A stretch of 64,000 nt of DNA from an uncultured Cyclobacteriaceae bacterium (GTDB lineage Bacteria > Bacteroidota > Bacteroidia > Cytophagales > Cyclobacteriaceae): the NCBI GenBank assembly GCA_965365275.1, contig CBDUBA010000012.1, positions 986 to 64,985 of the forward strand. The letters run 5' to 3'. Both the position numbers and the translations under genes were made by a program. This document shows, piece by piece, positions 1-9,668 of the stretch; positions within the stretch are counted from its first letter, which is position 1; each line of letters begins with the position of its first letter. The notes beneath the pieces were generated by a model, which saw nothing but the letters and a program-made list of their open reading frames with translations, searched no databases and was not told where the DNA came from.

Positions 1-705
1 ATTTACATTCCTGTTATCTTCGCCACGGGCAATTTGATAGTAGTAAGATCCCACCTTCCCAAACCTTCGGGTCAACTCTTTCTTTGAAAGTTGCTTTAAG
101 TCATATCCCGTTTTAATACCAAGCTCATGCATTTTCCTGGCGGTAACCTTTCCGATTCCAAAGAACTTTTCGATGGGTAGTCTTTCCACGAATTCAACGG
201 CTTTTTCCGGCGGGATCAGGAACAGGCCATCCGGTTTTTGCATATCAGAAGCAATTTTAGCCAGGAATTTGTTCATGGATATACCAGCTGAAGCCGTTAA
301 AAGGGTCTTTTCTTTGATTTTCTGCTTGATTTCCTTTGCAATAATTGTGGCTGAGGGAATATTTACTTTGTTTTCAGTAACATCAAGAAAGGCCTCATCC
401 AATGACAATGGCTCAACCAGGTCAGTGTATTGATGGAATATTTCCCGGATCTCATAAGAGACCTCCTTATATGCATCAAATCTGGGTCGGACAAAAATAA
501 GATCAGGACATAGTCTGGCAGCAACTTTAGAAGGCATAGCGGATTTAACACCGTACTTCCGGGCCTCATAACTGGCTGTGGTCAACACACCCCTGGCATC
601 GGGTGATCCAACTGCCACAGGTCTACCCATAAGTTCCGGATTATCCCGCTGTTCCACGGAAGCATAAAATGCATCCATGTCAATATGAATAATTTTACGA
701 ACCAT
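1..705 (-). CDS. dinB: DNA polymerase IV (Y-family, DinB), first 235 codons; the 3' end runs off the left edge of the window
   Basis: Reverse-strand translation from the ATG at 703-705 reads MVRKIIHIDMDAFYASVEQRDNPELMGRPVAVGSPDARGVLTTASYEARKYGVKS...LVEPLSLDEAFLDVTENK. This gives the canonical DinB N-terminus with the DMDAFY and SLDEAFLD motifs. The frame stays open to base 1, so it is absent from the supplied track. Confidence 0.9.
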   Translation of the reverse strand, partial: MVRKIIHIDMDAFYASVEQRDNPELMGRPVAVGSPDARGVLTTASYEARKYGVKSAMPSKVAARLCPDLIFVRPRFDAYKEVSYEIREIFHQYTDLVEPLSLDEAFLDVTENKVNIPSATIIAKEIKQKIKEKTLLTASAGISMNKFLAKIASDMQKPDGLFLIPPEKAVEFVERLPIEKFFGIGKVTARKMHELGIKTGYDLKQLSKKELTRRFGKVGSYYYQIARGEDNRNVN

Positions 706-861
706 TATGGAAAACTATCTGATTTTGTCCTAAATTGAACAATTAATTGTACGTTTTTTAATATAGCTGAATTTAAAAAATAACTCAATCAACTGAGAAT
801 AAGTTTATTAGAAAATCTGGTTTGATATTTGAGTCATAGTAAATAAAAAATTTTCGTAGCT

Positions 862-1062
862 ATGAAATTATTGATCGCAGTATTACTTTTCTGCATATTG
901 TTTGTCATGTGCTGGCCACTGGCTGTAGGATTATTTTTTCTTCTTTTCTTTGTTTGGCTACTGTTGCTTCCTTTTGCAATAGTTGGATTCACGCTTGGTG
1001 TGGTGTTTAAGATAATTGGTGCAATTTTTATGCTTCCATTTAAATTGTTCGCCGCTATATAA
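862..1062 (+). CDS. small, very hydrophobic membrane peptide (66 aa), hypothetical
   Basis: The ORF is almost entirely L/F/V/I/A and could form 2-3 TM helices (MKLLIAVLLFCILFVMCWPLAVGLFFLLFFVWLLLLPFAIVGF...). It is divergent from dinB. I recognise no homology, and an equally long antisense ORF overlaps it. Confidence 0.4.
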   Translation: MKLLIAVLLFCILFVMCWPLAVGLFFLLFFVWLLLLPFAIVGFTLGVVFKIIGAIFMLPFKLFAAI

Positions 1063-1354
1063 CACATCCTGAATCATACTATTCTTTTCTTAGCCAACAG
1101 ATCTTCCGTTTACTGGGTATACGAAGGACATCAGTATATTTAATGGATTTGAGTAATTGATAAAAGGCATTTATGCAATCTCACTATTGATATTATTTAA
1201 CCCGGATTCGATAGCTGCTTTTTGACTCAAATATTATCTTAATTGACCGGAACTGATTTTGCCCCATTTTGCTCTACAAAAAATTTTTTTTTGTAAAAAC
1301 TTTTGAAACCAAATTTATTTCCGTAAGTTCCGCATTAAACCAAATTTTACAACA

Positions 1355-2161
1355 ATGAAAAACTTTAAAACTGATCGCCTAAAATTCATTATTGCTTCTG
1401 TATTGGTAGCAATTACTTTCAATTTTCAGACTGCCACAGCGCAGGAGGAAAATGAAAGTATAAGTATCTGGCAATATCGAAGAGTTGACAACGATAAGGT
1501 CAACGAATTTATTGAAAGAGAAACAAAGTACTGGAGCAAAGTCGCTCAAAAAGCAATGGATGAAGGAAAGCTTGGATTCTGGGCTTTGTTTCAGAAAATA
1601 GGAGGGTATGATATGCCTAACTCTTCCAATTTCTTATTTATTAATACATTTCCAAAAATGCCTGATTACGATGAAATGGGAGAAATTTGGAATCCGCAGG
1701 CTGTTTTCCCGGATGTGCCTATGGAAGATATGGAAACTGGTTCCATGGGGATCAATACAAGTATGATCTTTGTAAGATCACAGGGTTGGACTCAGGTTGA
1801 AGGTGCTAACCCGGAAGAGGATTTTAAGTATATGACCATGGTGTATCATAATGCCAACGATCCTGCAGGACTTGTTGCTGCAGAGAATGAAATATGGGCG
1901 CCCTTTATTAAAACTGCCATGGATGCAGGTAAGACAAATCAGACGGCCTGGGGTAATGCTAGAATATTATCACCAACCGGGGAAGATATCAAGTATAATA
2001 CAATTTCATATGATATATATCCCAGTTTACATGACGCTGTTAGTCAAACCTGGTCTGGTGATCTCGAAACTCCTGATATGACCAAGATAGGAGAGGCCGA
2101 AGGCAACCCAAGGGCCAGTGTTGTTTACAGGATTGTACATGTTGTGAACGCCAATCAATAA
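1355..2161 (+). CDS. secreted hypothetical protein with an internal duplication
   Basis: 268-aa ORF with a Sec signal (KFIIASVLVAITFNFQTATAQ). Two halves share a module (ETKYWSKVAQKAMDEGK versus ENEIWAPFIKTAMDAGK). A strong terminator follows. Confidence 0.75.
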   Translation: MKNFKTDRLKFIIASVLVAITFNFQTATAQEENESISIWQYRRVDNDKVNEFIERETKYWSKVAQKAMDEGKLGFWALFQKIGGYDMPNSSNFLFINTFPKMPDYDEMGEIWNPQAVFPDVPMEDMETGSMGINTSMIFVRSQGWTQVEGANPEEDFKYMTMVYHNANDPAGLVAAENEIWAPFIKTAMDAGKTNQTAWGNARILSPTGEDIKYNTISYDIYPSLHDAVSQTWSGDLETPDMTKIGEAEGNPRASVVYRIVHVVNANQ

Positions 2162-2220
2162 AAGATAACCTGCTGCCAGAAAAATAATTGATCAGTAATC
2201 CTATACTGATTACGTTCAAA

Positions 2221-2251
2221 CCACCTGTTTGAAAAAACAGGTGGTTTTTTT
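2221..2251 (+). terminator. rho-independent terminator
   Basis: ccacctgtt-tgaaaa-aacaggtgg forms a perfect 9-bp stem followed by a T7 run, 60 nt after the stop of the 1355..2161 ORF. Confidence 0.85.
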
Positions 2252-2381
2252 ATCCAAAACCTTCTTTGATTGTAATTCTATAAACCTACTTCCAGAAATT
2301 TATGTTTTCTCGTTCGATAATGCCCGTTGCTGATCCCCCAAAGTGCCGATCACTTCCGAAATATTCAGCTTAGCACATGAA

Positions 2382-4748
2382 TCATTCGTTCCTGAGAGAA
2401 TTAACCGGATTGGAATGAGCCGCTTTCAGGGTCTGTGAAGTAACGATCAAAAGCGCAAAAGCCAGGGCAAAAACACCAGTAGCAAGGAATATCCAGAAAC
2501 TAATCTTCGTATGAATGGGATATCTTTCCAGGTACAAATTCAGTAACCACCATGAAATCGGGGCGGATATAATATACGATATTATAACCAGCCTCGAGAA
2601 ATCACTGGTCATCAGTCGAACGATATTGAATACCGATGCCCCCATTACTTTCCTTATCCCTATTTCCTTTGTCCTCTGCTCCGCAGTGTATGCTGCCAAA
2701 CCGAATAAACCCAGGCCAGTGATAACGATGGCCAGCGTTGCAAAAATATTTGACAGGTTGCTTGTCATGTTAATTGATTTGAATTTTTTATCAAATTCTA
2801 TATCAGCAAAACGGTATTCAAAAGGATAGGCAGAATTATATTTTTCAAACAGGTTTTTTAATAGATTTAATGAAGCTGATATGTCTCCTGTTTCTTTCAA
2901 ACGGATGGTAATAAACCCATCCCAATCATCGATTATGGCAAAAAGTGGTTTAACTTCCATGAATGGAGAACCCATTAATACGTTGTCAAGCACACCAATA
3001 AGGGTTCTTTTTTCCCCCCATAGATCTAATTCGGTTCCTATTGGATCTTCCAGGTTCATAAGATCAAGTGCAGCTTTGTTGATAAGAATGGCGCTCGAAT
3101 CGCTCGGGAAGTCAGGGGAAAAGTCTCTTCCGTGAAGTATTTCAATACCCATGGTATGTGCATAATCATATTCTGTTGTTATTGTGGTAAAAAGCACCCT
3201 TAGTTCTTCAGGTTTCCCGGGCCATCCCAGGAAATTGTTTGAATTGATCTGCGTGATGGGACTGTTTGATACAGTGACACCTTCTACTACACCTGACTGC
3301 AATAATTCATTCTTAAGGACCTGATAGTTTTTGTCCAATTCTTCATTCCTTTCCACCGAAATTAAATTTTTCTGGTTATATCCCAATTCTCGGTTTTTGA
3401 CCAGTTGTATCTGGTTGTATATAACAATTGTCCCCATGATCAGGAGTATAGAAAAACCAAACTGCAAAATTACCAGGATCTTTCTTGGTAAACTCGCCTG
3501 TTTCCCTTCCTGAAGCTTTCCTTTTAATACCTTAACTGGTTTAAATGAAGATAAATAAAATGCGGGGTAACTACCAGCGAGAAGTCCTGTTAACAAGATC
3601 ATCAGGATCGAAAATGCCCAGAATTCCAATGATGCAAAATTTATAGACAGACTTTTTTCTACAAGATTATTATAAAATGGAAGAATTAAAAGGGTGATCA
3701 ATATGGCAAGGATATACGCCACAAAAGAGATCAGAATAGATTCAGAAAGAAATTGAAATACCAGGTCTTTCTTTTTAGAACCGATACTTTTCCTGATGCC
3801 TACTTCCCGGGCACGGCTTTCCGAACGGGCGGTGGCCAGGTTCATAAAGTTTATACAGGCTATGAGAAGTATAAAGATTGCGATAAGGCTGAACATTCTA
3901 ACAAAATCGATCATGCCGCCTTTTTCAACTCCGTTCTCAAAGCTGAAATGCAGCCTCCACCTCAATAAGGGATATAAAAAAAGTTCTGATTCTAAATCAC
4001 CCTCCTCACTATGTTCAATCAGCATGGATCTTATCGATTCATTCACTGCATCGAGCTGCTTAGGATCAGTTAATTCAACTAATACCTGGAAAGAATAATT
4101 GCCCCAGTTGTCCTCGTTATCCACTACCCATGGATTTACTGATCTCCTATGTTTCCACGAGATCAAATAATCAAACTCAAATGAAGAATTCTTTGGGATG
4201 TCTTCCAGTATACCAGTCACTTTGCAGTCTCCCAGATCATCGATTCTAATAACCTGATTTATGGGATCCTCATCTTCAAAAAACTTCCTGGCTGTTTCTT
4301 CCGTGATCACTATAGAGGAAGCATCATCCAGCACATCAGCAGGATTGCCATACTTTAAGGGAAACTCAAACATGGTGAGGAATTCTTCACTGACATAATA
4401 ACCCTGCAGGAATAGCCGCTTTTCATCCACAACCAGGAGGTGATCACCATACCAGCTTGCAACAGTAGAATTAGCAATATTGGAATGTGCGTCCTTTATT
4501 GCTTCATAGGTAGGGAGTGGAACCGATCTCCAGGTATTTATCGTATTGTCAAATTCGGATTGAACCATTAACTGATATAACCTGTCAGATTTTGGGTGAA
4601 ATTTATCAAAGGACAATTCATCAAAAACCCACAACAAGATTAATATGCTACATGTAATTCCAATTGATAGACCAGTGATATTAATAATGGAGTAAGTCTT
4701 TTTTTTGAGCAGGTTCCTTAGGGAAACGATAAAGTAGTTGCGAATCAT
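2382..4748 (-). CDS. ABC transporter permease, double-module MacB/FtsX type
   Basis: 788 aa with an N-terminal TM helix and large extracytoplasmic regions. It has two FtsX-type modules, each carrying the conserved loop (SRAREVGIRKSIGS and RTKEIGIRKVMGAS). No ATPase gene is adjacent. Confidence 0.9.
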   Translation of the reverse strand: MIRNYFIVSLRNLLKKKTYSIINITGLSIGITCSILILLWVFDELSFDKFHPKSDRLYQLMVQSEFDNTINTWRSVPLPTYEAIKDAHSNIANSTVASWYGDHLLVVDEKRLFLQGYYVSEEFLTMFEFPLKYGNPADVLDDASSIVITEETARKFFEDEDPINQVIRIDDLGDCKVTGILEDIPKNSSFEFDYLISWKHRRSVNPWVVDNEDNWGNYSFQVLVELTDPKQLDAVNESIRSMLIEHSEEGDLESELFLYPLLRWRLHFSFENGVEKGGMIDFVRMFSLIAIFILLIACINFMNLATARSESRAREVGIRKSIGSKKKDLVFQFLSESILISFVAYILAILITLLILPFYNNLVEKSLSINFASLEFWAFSILMILLTGLLAGSYPAFYLSSFKPVKVLKGKLQEGKQASLPRKILVILQFGFSILLIMGTIVIYNQIQLVKNRELGYNQKNLISVERNEELDKNYQVLKNELLQSGVVEGVTVSNSPITQINSNNFLGWPGKPEELRVLFTTITTEYDYAHTMGIEILHGRDFSPDFPSDSSAILINKAALDLMNLEDPIGTELDLWGEKRTLIGVLDNVLMGSPFMEVKPLFAIIDDWDGFITIRLKETGDISASLNLLKNLFEKYNSAYPFEYRFADIEFDKKFKSINMTSNLSNIFATLAIVITGLGLFGLAAYTAEQRTKEIGIRKVMGASVFNIVRLMTSDFSRLVIISYIISAPISWWLLNLYLERYPIHTKISFWIFLATGVFALAFALLIVTSQTLKAAHSNPVNSLRNE

Positions 4749-5115
4749 TATTTATTTGAATTTGTTAACCGTATTATTTTAGTATGACCTGTCAATTCTT
4801 AGCATATCCTTCTATCAAAGGACATAAACTATTTGGAAGAGTTGCATAATAGTAACAATTCCTTTCATAAGGACTTTCTGATATCCGAAAAGTTACACTT
4901 TGGATCAGTTTATTTATTATTTATCTATTTAATTTTGACTGATAACCGGGCTGATAATTAAATTTACCTTCTTTAAAAACAAATGGGTTGGCTCATTATT
5001 CAAATGATGACTTATATTCCTTTACTAAATTCAAACCTTATTTATTTTTCTCTTAATAATATCTTAATAAGGCTCATTTTTTCTTATGTTTATAATGAAA
5101 AAATGAACACAAGAT

Positions 5116-6399
5116 ATGAACCGTAGAAATTTCTTAATCAATGGATCCCTGGGTACAGCTGCAATTTTTTCCGCCATACATCTGCCTGCCGCTTCCCAGG
5201 AAAAAAAACTAAAGGTTGGTGTGATTGGCGTTGGCTGGTACGGGATGGTTATCACCGAAGCTGCTTTCAAAGCCGGAGGTATTGAAGTTCTGGCGATCTG
5301 CGATGTGGATACCGAACATTTAAAGAAAAGCGCCGACAAGTTGGAGCAATTACAGGGAAAAAGACCCAAGACCTATATCCTGTATTCCGATATGTTGGAT
5401 CACCAAGGATTGGAAGCGGTGTTTATCGGATCTCCACCACACTGGCATGCCTTACAGTTTATCGCTGCATGTGAGAAAGGTCTTGATATATATTGTGAGA
5501 AACCCTTGGCTTATGATATAAATGAAGGTTTGGCCATGATCAAGGCAGCTCAAAAAGCAGGCAATTATGTTCAGATTGGTTTTCAGAGACGTCAAAGTGA
5601 AGCCTTTGCCAAAGCTAAGTCTTTGATTGAGGAAAATGTTGCAGGCAATATCCTTGAGATCGGGGCCCAGATACATTATAATCCCATACTACAGGACAAT
5701 ACAATACAGGCACCACCAGAATCACTGGATTGGGAAGCATGGTGCGGACCTGCTCCAAAATTACCCTACAGCCCGAATATAGGACATCTTGCATGGAGGC
5801 TCGAAAAGGAATATGGCAACGGGCACCTTGTTGATTGGGGAATACATCATATTGATATCATTCGTAATATAATGGATCTTGATATGCCTTCAAGTATTTA
5901 CACGACAGGAGGCATTAAGGTATTGGAAGGAAAAATCACCACGCCGGATACGCTCACAGCTACCATTAACTTTGAAGCATTACCTTTAACCTGGCAACAC
6001 AGGTTATGGGGTTCCGGTGACCTGAATCCACAATTTAATAATGGTGTTTTCTTCTACGGTGAGAAAGCGACCATTTTTGCTTCAGACAGGAGAATAGTAA
6101 TCATGCCTGCGGGGAAAGATCAAATCCAGGAGGTCCTTGACCTGCCGGGAAAAGATATGGCCGTTGCCCATATGGCTGATTTTCTCAATGCAGTTAAAAT
6201 GAAAGATAAGGGCCTGATATCATGTCCTGTTGAGGATGCATTTAAATCGACAGCGACGGTGCAATTAGCCATGATCTCTTACAATACAAAAGCCGTGATC
6301 GATTGGGATAGTCAGAGATTTTCTATAAAGGATAATCCTCAGGCATCAGCATTATTGGCTAGACCTTACCGTGGGAAATATGAACGCCCAATGATATAA
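5116..6399 (+). CDS. Gfo/Idh/MocA family oxidoreductase with a twin-arginine export signal
   Basis: The N-terminus MNRRNFLINGSLGTAAIFSA matches the TAT motif. A Rossmann start (KVGVIGVGWYG...LAICDVD) and the family EKP motif (YCEKPLAYD) are present. Confidence 0.9.
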   Translation: MNRRNFLINGSLGTAAIFSAIHLPAASQEKKLKVGVIGVGWYGMVITEAAFKAGGIEVLAICDVDTEHLKKSADKLEQLQGKRPKTYILYSDMLDHQGLEAVFIGSPPHWHALQFIAACEKGLDIYCEKPLAYDINEGLAMIKAAQKAGNYVQIGFQRRQSEAFAKAKSLIEENVAGNILEIGAQIHYNPILQDNTIQAPPESLDWEAWCGPAPKLPYSPNIGHLAWRLEKEYGNGHLVDWGIHHIDIIRNIMDLDMPSSIYTTGGIKVLEGKITTPDTLTATINFEALPLTWQHRLWGSGDLNPQFNNGVFFYGEKATIFASDRRIVIMPAGKDQIQEVLDLPGKDMAVAHMADFLNAVKMKDKGLISCPVEDAFKSTATVQLAMISYNTKAVIDWDSQRFSIKDNPQASALLARPYRGKYERPMI

Positions 6400-6547
6400 A
6401 TAGAATCTAATACTCGGATTATTTTTGAATTGTAATAGAAATGCTCTTGCAGGCAGGTATCTGATACGGTTTACGGAAAGATAATCCACCGAAGTTTTAT
6501 TTAAATAAAACCGATCAATCAGGAATAAGGTCATTTGTATATAAACA

Positions 6548-6574
6548 AAGCCGGCACTTATTAAGTACCGGCTT
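6548..6574. terminator. hairpin between convergent genes (candidate bidirectional terminator)
   Basis: aagccggcactt-a-ttaagtaccggctt forms a ~11-bp stem with one mismatch and A/T-rich flanks. It lies between the 3' ends of 5116..6399 (+) and 6642..7010 (-). Confidence 0.6.
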
Positions 6575-6641
6575 AATTGATTTCATGGTGATCAATGAAT
6601 AAATTATCAGCTTTTATGAATGGTTGATGATCACAGAATAA

Positions 6642-7010
6642 TTAAAAGCAAAGTGTTGCGGCTCCCTGCTTGATTTCTTCATGCATGGCAGCTGAGCCGG
6701 TTATGATAACTCCATCCATAAGATCTTCCTGTTTATAATTTCTAACAGCAGCACAAGGAGGGCAAACCAATACTTTGCATCCACTTTCAAATACATTATC
6801 GATCATTTCTTTCATTGGAGGATCAAAAGGATTCAGGTGTGCATTATCAGCGGCACCCTTGCGCACCCAGTCTATACCTGAACTTGTCAGGAAAATGGTT
6901 ACTTCAAGTCCGGAATTAATTCCACCGTTGGCAATGCTCCAGGCCACTGATGATCTTTCATCATCTAATCCCCGGGTAATAAGAACTACTAATTTTTTTG
7001 TCTCAGTCAT
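6642..7010 (-). CDS. DsrE/DsrF-like (sulfur-relay fold) family protein
   Basis: 122 aa. The pattern KLVVLITRG...WSIANGG...VTIFLTSSGIDWV...GCKVLVCPPCAAV is typical of the small DsrE/TusD-like alpha/beta family. It contains a CPPC pair. Confidence 0.65.
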   Translation of the reverse strand: MTETKKLVVLITRGLDDERSSVAWSIANGGINSGLEVTIFLTSSGIDWVRKGAADNAHLNPFDPPMKEMIDNVFESGCKVLVCPPCAAVRNYKQEDLMDGVIITGSAAMHEEIKQGAATLCF

Positions 7011-7294
7011 GATAATTTGGTTTAATGTTTAACAATCTTTCTAGAATTCATTTTTTAATGGTTACATTAACTTCCACAAATAGTGAGAATGAAACCTTGT
7101 ATTGCAATATTAAGAGGTAAATTCAAATCTTATTTTGCTCAGAAGGTCAATGAATGTGCTAATCAGTTCAAAGGAAGAAATACAGTGTTATTTACTGAAA
7201 ATTTAATGATACCATATTGATTTTGAGCCCATACACGAGTATGGTATAATTACTTTGTTTTGAACATAATCAATCCAAAGCCAGTTTATTTATT

Positions 7295-8338
7295 ATGTTT
7301 CATTCACCGAGTTATAGGATGTTAATGAGATTACAAAATATAGTATTTACTTTCCTGCTAGTTTTGATACATTTAGGCTGTCAAAATGAAGATTCAATGA
7401 ATAATGGAGGAAATCTTCCAATAATTACTCCGGAAAATAATCCGTATGACTGGTCCATTCAATTTACAGAAACTGATGTAGATCTCACGGATGTTTACTT
7501 TGTTGATAATATGACAGGTTGGATAGTCGGGGATGAAAACACAATTTTATCATCGACAATGGCAGGAAATACCTGGCCGCAAGCCCCGGTTAACAGTTTA
7601 GAGGGAAATTTCAGAAGTGTGACGATGATTAGTGAAAACATAGGGTGGATTTCAGGCGATATGGGAGGCAACCCGGTAAATGGAAATATTTACATATCTA
7701 CCAATGGAGGTTCTTATCCGGAATCCCAGAAGTTGATGAATTATCCCATTAATACAATCTTCGGTTTAAATGAAAATTATGTTTGGTCAGGAGGCGACAA
7801 TGGGCAGCTGTTATATTCTGTGGATGGTGGGAAAAACTGGAAAGAATCAATAACTGATTTTGACTTTTCAATAAGTGATATTCAATTTCTAAACGAGATG
7901 GACGGGTATGCTGTTGGGCATCAGGGCAATATTTTACGATCAACCGATGGAGGAGTTAAATGGGAATTAAATCTTGAATTTCCGGAAATCGACTTGAAAT
8001 CATTGCATTTTGTTAATGCTTCCAGTGGATGGGCTTGTGGTTCAAAAAATACAATTTTAAAATTTGATGATAGTTCAGAGACCAAATGGATCTCCATGAG
8101 GATAGAGAATGAACCGGTTGGATTAGTATGGAATGACATTTATTTTCTCGACGAGGATATAGGCTGGGTTGTAGGTCAGGGTGGCACAGTCTATAAAACT
8201 ACAAATGGTGGCAATACCTGGCAAAAGGAACGGACTGGATTATATAATGACCTAAATGCCATACACATGGTCAAAAATTCGACAGGATGGATAGTCGGAG
8301 AGGAAGGTATAATCCTGACCTATACTCCCAGGAACTAG
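7295..8338 (+). CDS. BNR/Ycf48-like beta-propeller lipoprotein
   Basis: It has a lipobox (LIHLGC) and repeated Asp-box-like motifs: SVDGGKNWKE, STDGGVKWE, TTNGGNTWQK, STNGGSY. The true start may be an internal Met (MLMRLQ / MRLQ). Confidence 0.75.
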   Translation: MFHSPSYRMLMRLQNIVFTFLLVLIHLGCQNEDSMNNGGNLPIITPENNPYDWSIQFTETDVDLTDVYFVDNMTGWIVGDENTILSSTMAGNTWPQAPVNSLEGNFRSVTMISENIGWISGDMGGNPVNGNIYISTNGGSYPESQKLMNYPINTIFGLNENYVWSGGDNGQLLYSVDGGKNWKESITDFDFSISDIQFLNEMDGYAVGHQGNILRSTDGGVKWELNLEFPEIDLKSLHFVNASSGWACGSKNTILKFDDSSETKWISMRIENEPVGLVWNDIYFLDEDIGWVVGQGGTVYKTTNGGNTWQKERTGLYNDLNAIHMVKNSTGWIVGEEGIILTYTPRN

Positions 8339-8416
8339 AATACAAAGATTAAGGTACTCATACCTCCTCAATCTCCTGCCTTTTTCATCGCCATTAGAAA
8401 ATAACCTTTATGCCTG

Positions 8417-9565
8417 CTAATATTCTTTCCTGATAGCAATCGCAAAAGCATCCCAGTGTTCTTTTGTCATTCTTCTGGGGGTAAAAAGACATACTCCTGC
8501 AGCACCGTTTTCCATAGACTCACGTATCGCATCTTCAATTTCCTCGGGAATCAAGCCATGATTCTCAGGATCAGGTTCATCTGTTTTCATTTCAGGTCTT
8601 GGGCAGATAAATAATCCGCTATATAGAGGTTTACCGTTATTAAGGGATGATACACCTTCATTACATACTTCACCGATCCATTTTGTCCCTTTCAGGTAGA
8701 AATCATTGTAGTTCATAGGATAAAATGCATCCAGGTTCCATTTATCCCATTCCTGGCGTACAATCTTTTTAGCAATGGAATTTGGACCCGGAAAAACCGC
8801 TGCGTTGATTTCCTTTCCTTTACTGTGAACCAATTCAGACAGACGATTTACTATGCTGGTGATTAAGTCATAGCGATATTGTTTCCATTCCTCTACCTGT
8901 GAGGGATCATCAATTGTTTTAATATCAATCCCTGATTTTTCTTTAAATCCATTAACACAAAGGTCGCAGTAGCAATAGTCATATTCAGGATACTCCCGAT
9001 CCATGACAAGACCATATTTTTCCCATAATCCTTCGGCAAGAATTACATCCGGAAATCGTATATAGTCGAGATGGATGCCATCAACAACGGGAAGGTCAGC
9101 AATCCCTCCGTACAGATTAGCCAGAAAATCATATACCTCCGGTTGGTTCGGACATAGAAATTTATAATAATCTACATAGGCCGGGTTATCGAAAGCGGAT
9201 TCACCTTTCCCGTTGACTGCATACCATTCAGCTTTTAAATTTTCAGTGTTGCGTTGGAGCATGGTTGGTATCCATGTATGAAATTCCAGTCCTGCTTCTT
9301 TGGCGATGCCTCCGACACGCTTGTAGGTCTCCGGATCATGGCCTCCGTTGTACATCAGGCCAATAATGCCTTTTTGTTTAAGATCAATGAAATATTCCTT
9401 TATTTCCTGGTCTGTATCTGACCTCGGACCACTCAGCCAGGCATATACCGGAACTTTAATATCGGATAGCTGATCATCAGAGTTAAGCTCCTGTTTATCA
9501 GATTGGGGCGCTTTGCAGCTTAGTATAATTATTAGAGATAAAACGAGTATAGTGATCTTTTTCAT
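8417..9565 (-). CDS. glycoside-hydrolase-like family 10 (GHL10 / YngK-type TIM barrel) lipoprotein
   Basis: 382 aa with a lipoprotein signal (LSLIIILSC). The GIHLDYIRFPD and FHTWIP segments resemble the GHL10 TIM-barrel family. The assignment is from memory and has not been searched. Confidence 0.6.
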   Translation of the reverse strand: MKKITILVLSLIIILSCKAPQSDKQELNSDDQLSDIKVPVYAWLSGPRSDTDQEIKEYFIDLKQKGIIGLMYNGGHDPETYKRVGGIAKEAGLEFHTWIPTMLQRNTENLKAEWYAVNGKGESAFDNPAYVDYYKFLCPNQPEVYDFLANLYGGIADLPVVDGIHLDYIRFPDVILAEGLWEKYGLVMDREYPEYDYCYCDLCVNGFKEKSGIDIKTIDDPSQVEEWKQYRYDLITSIVNRLSELVHSKGKEINAAVFPGPNSIAKKIVRQEWDKWNLDAFYPMNYNDFYLKGTKWIGEVCNEGVSSLNNGKPLYSGLFICPRPEMKTDEPDPENHGLIPEEIEDAIRESMENGAAGVCLFTPRRMTKEHWDAFAIAIRKEY

Positions 9566-9668
9566 TTTAGTTGGATTTCAATTTGTTACATATTTTAAAA
9601 AATGAATACAATATTACTAAATCATAATGAAGTCATAATCATTTGTGCATAATAATACTACTTTAAAA

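Noticed and set aside
173-569. Track ORFs 173..433 (+) and 363..569 (-)
   Set aside because: Both lie inside the open dinB reading frame (1..705, - strand). That frame translates into an unmistakable DinB sequence, so these are frame or strand shadows.
834-1067. 77-aa antisense ORF overlapping the 66-aa hydrophobic ORF
   Set aside because: Its sequence is low-complexity and N/K/I-rich, typical of the reverse complement of a Leu/Phe-rich frame. I kept the + strand hydrophobic ORF as the weak call. The antisense region could matter only as RNA.
7209-7247. 8-bp inverted repeat ataccata...tatggtat with a ~23-nt spacer upstream of the BNR-propeller gene
   Set aside because: The arms are short and AT-rich and the loop is long, which is within chance expectation for this composition. 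There is no second copy elsewhere in the window.
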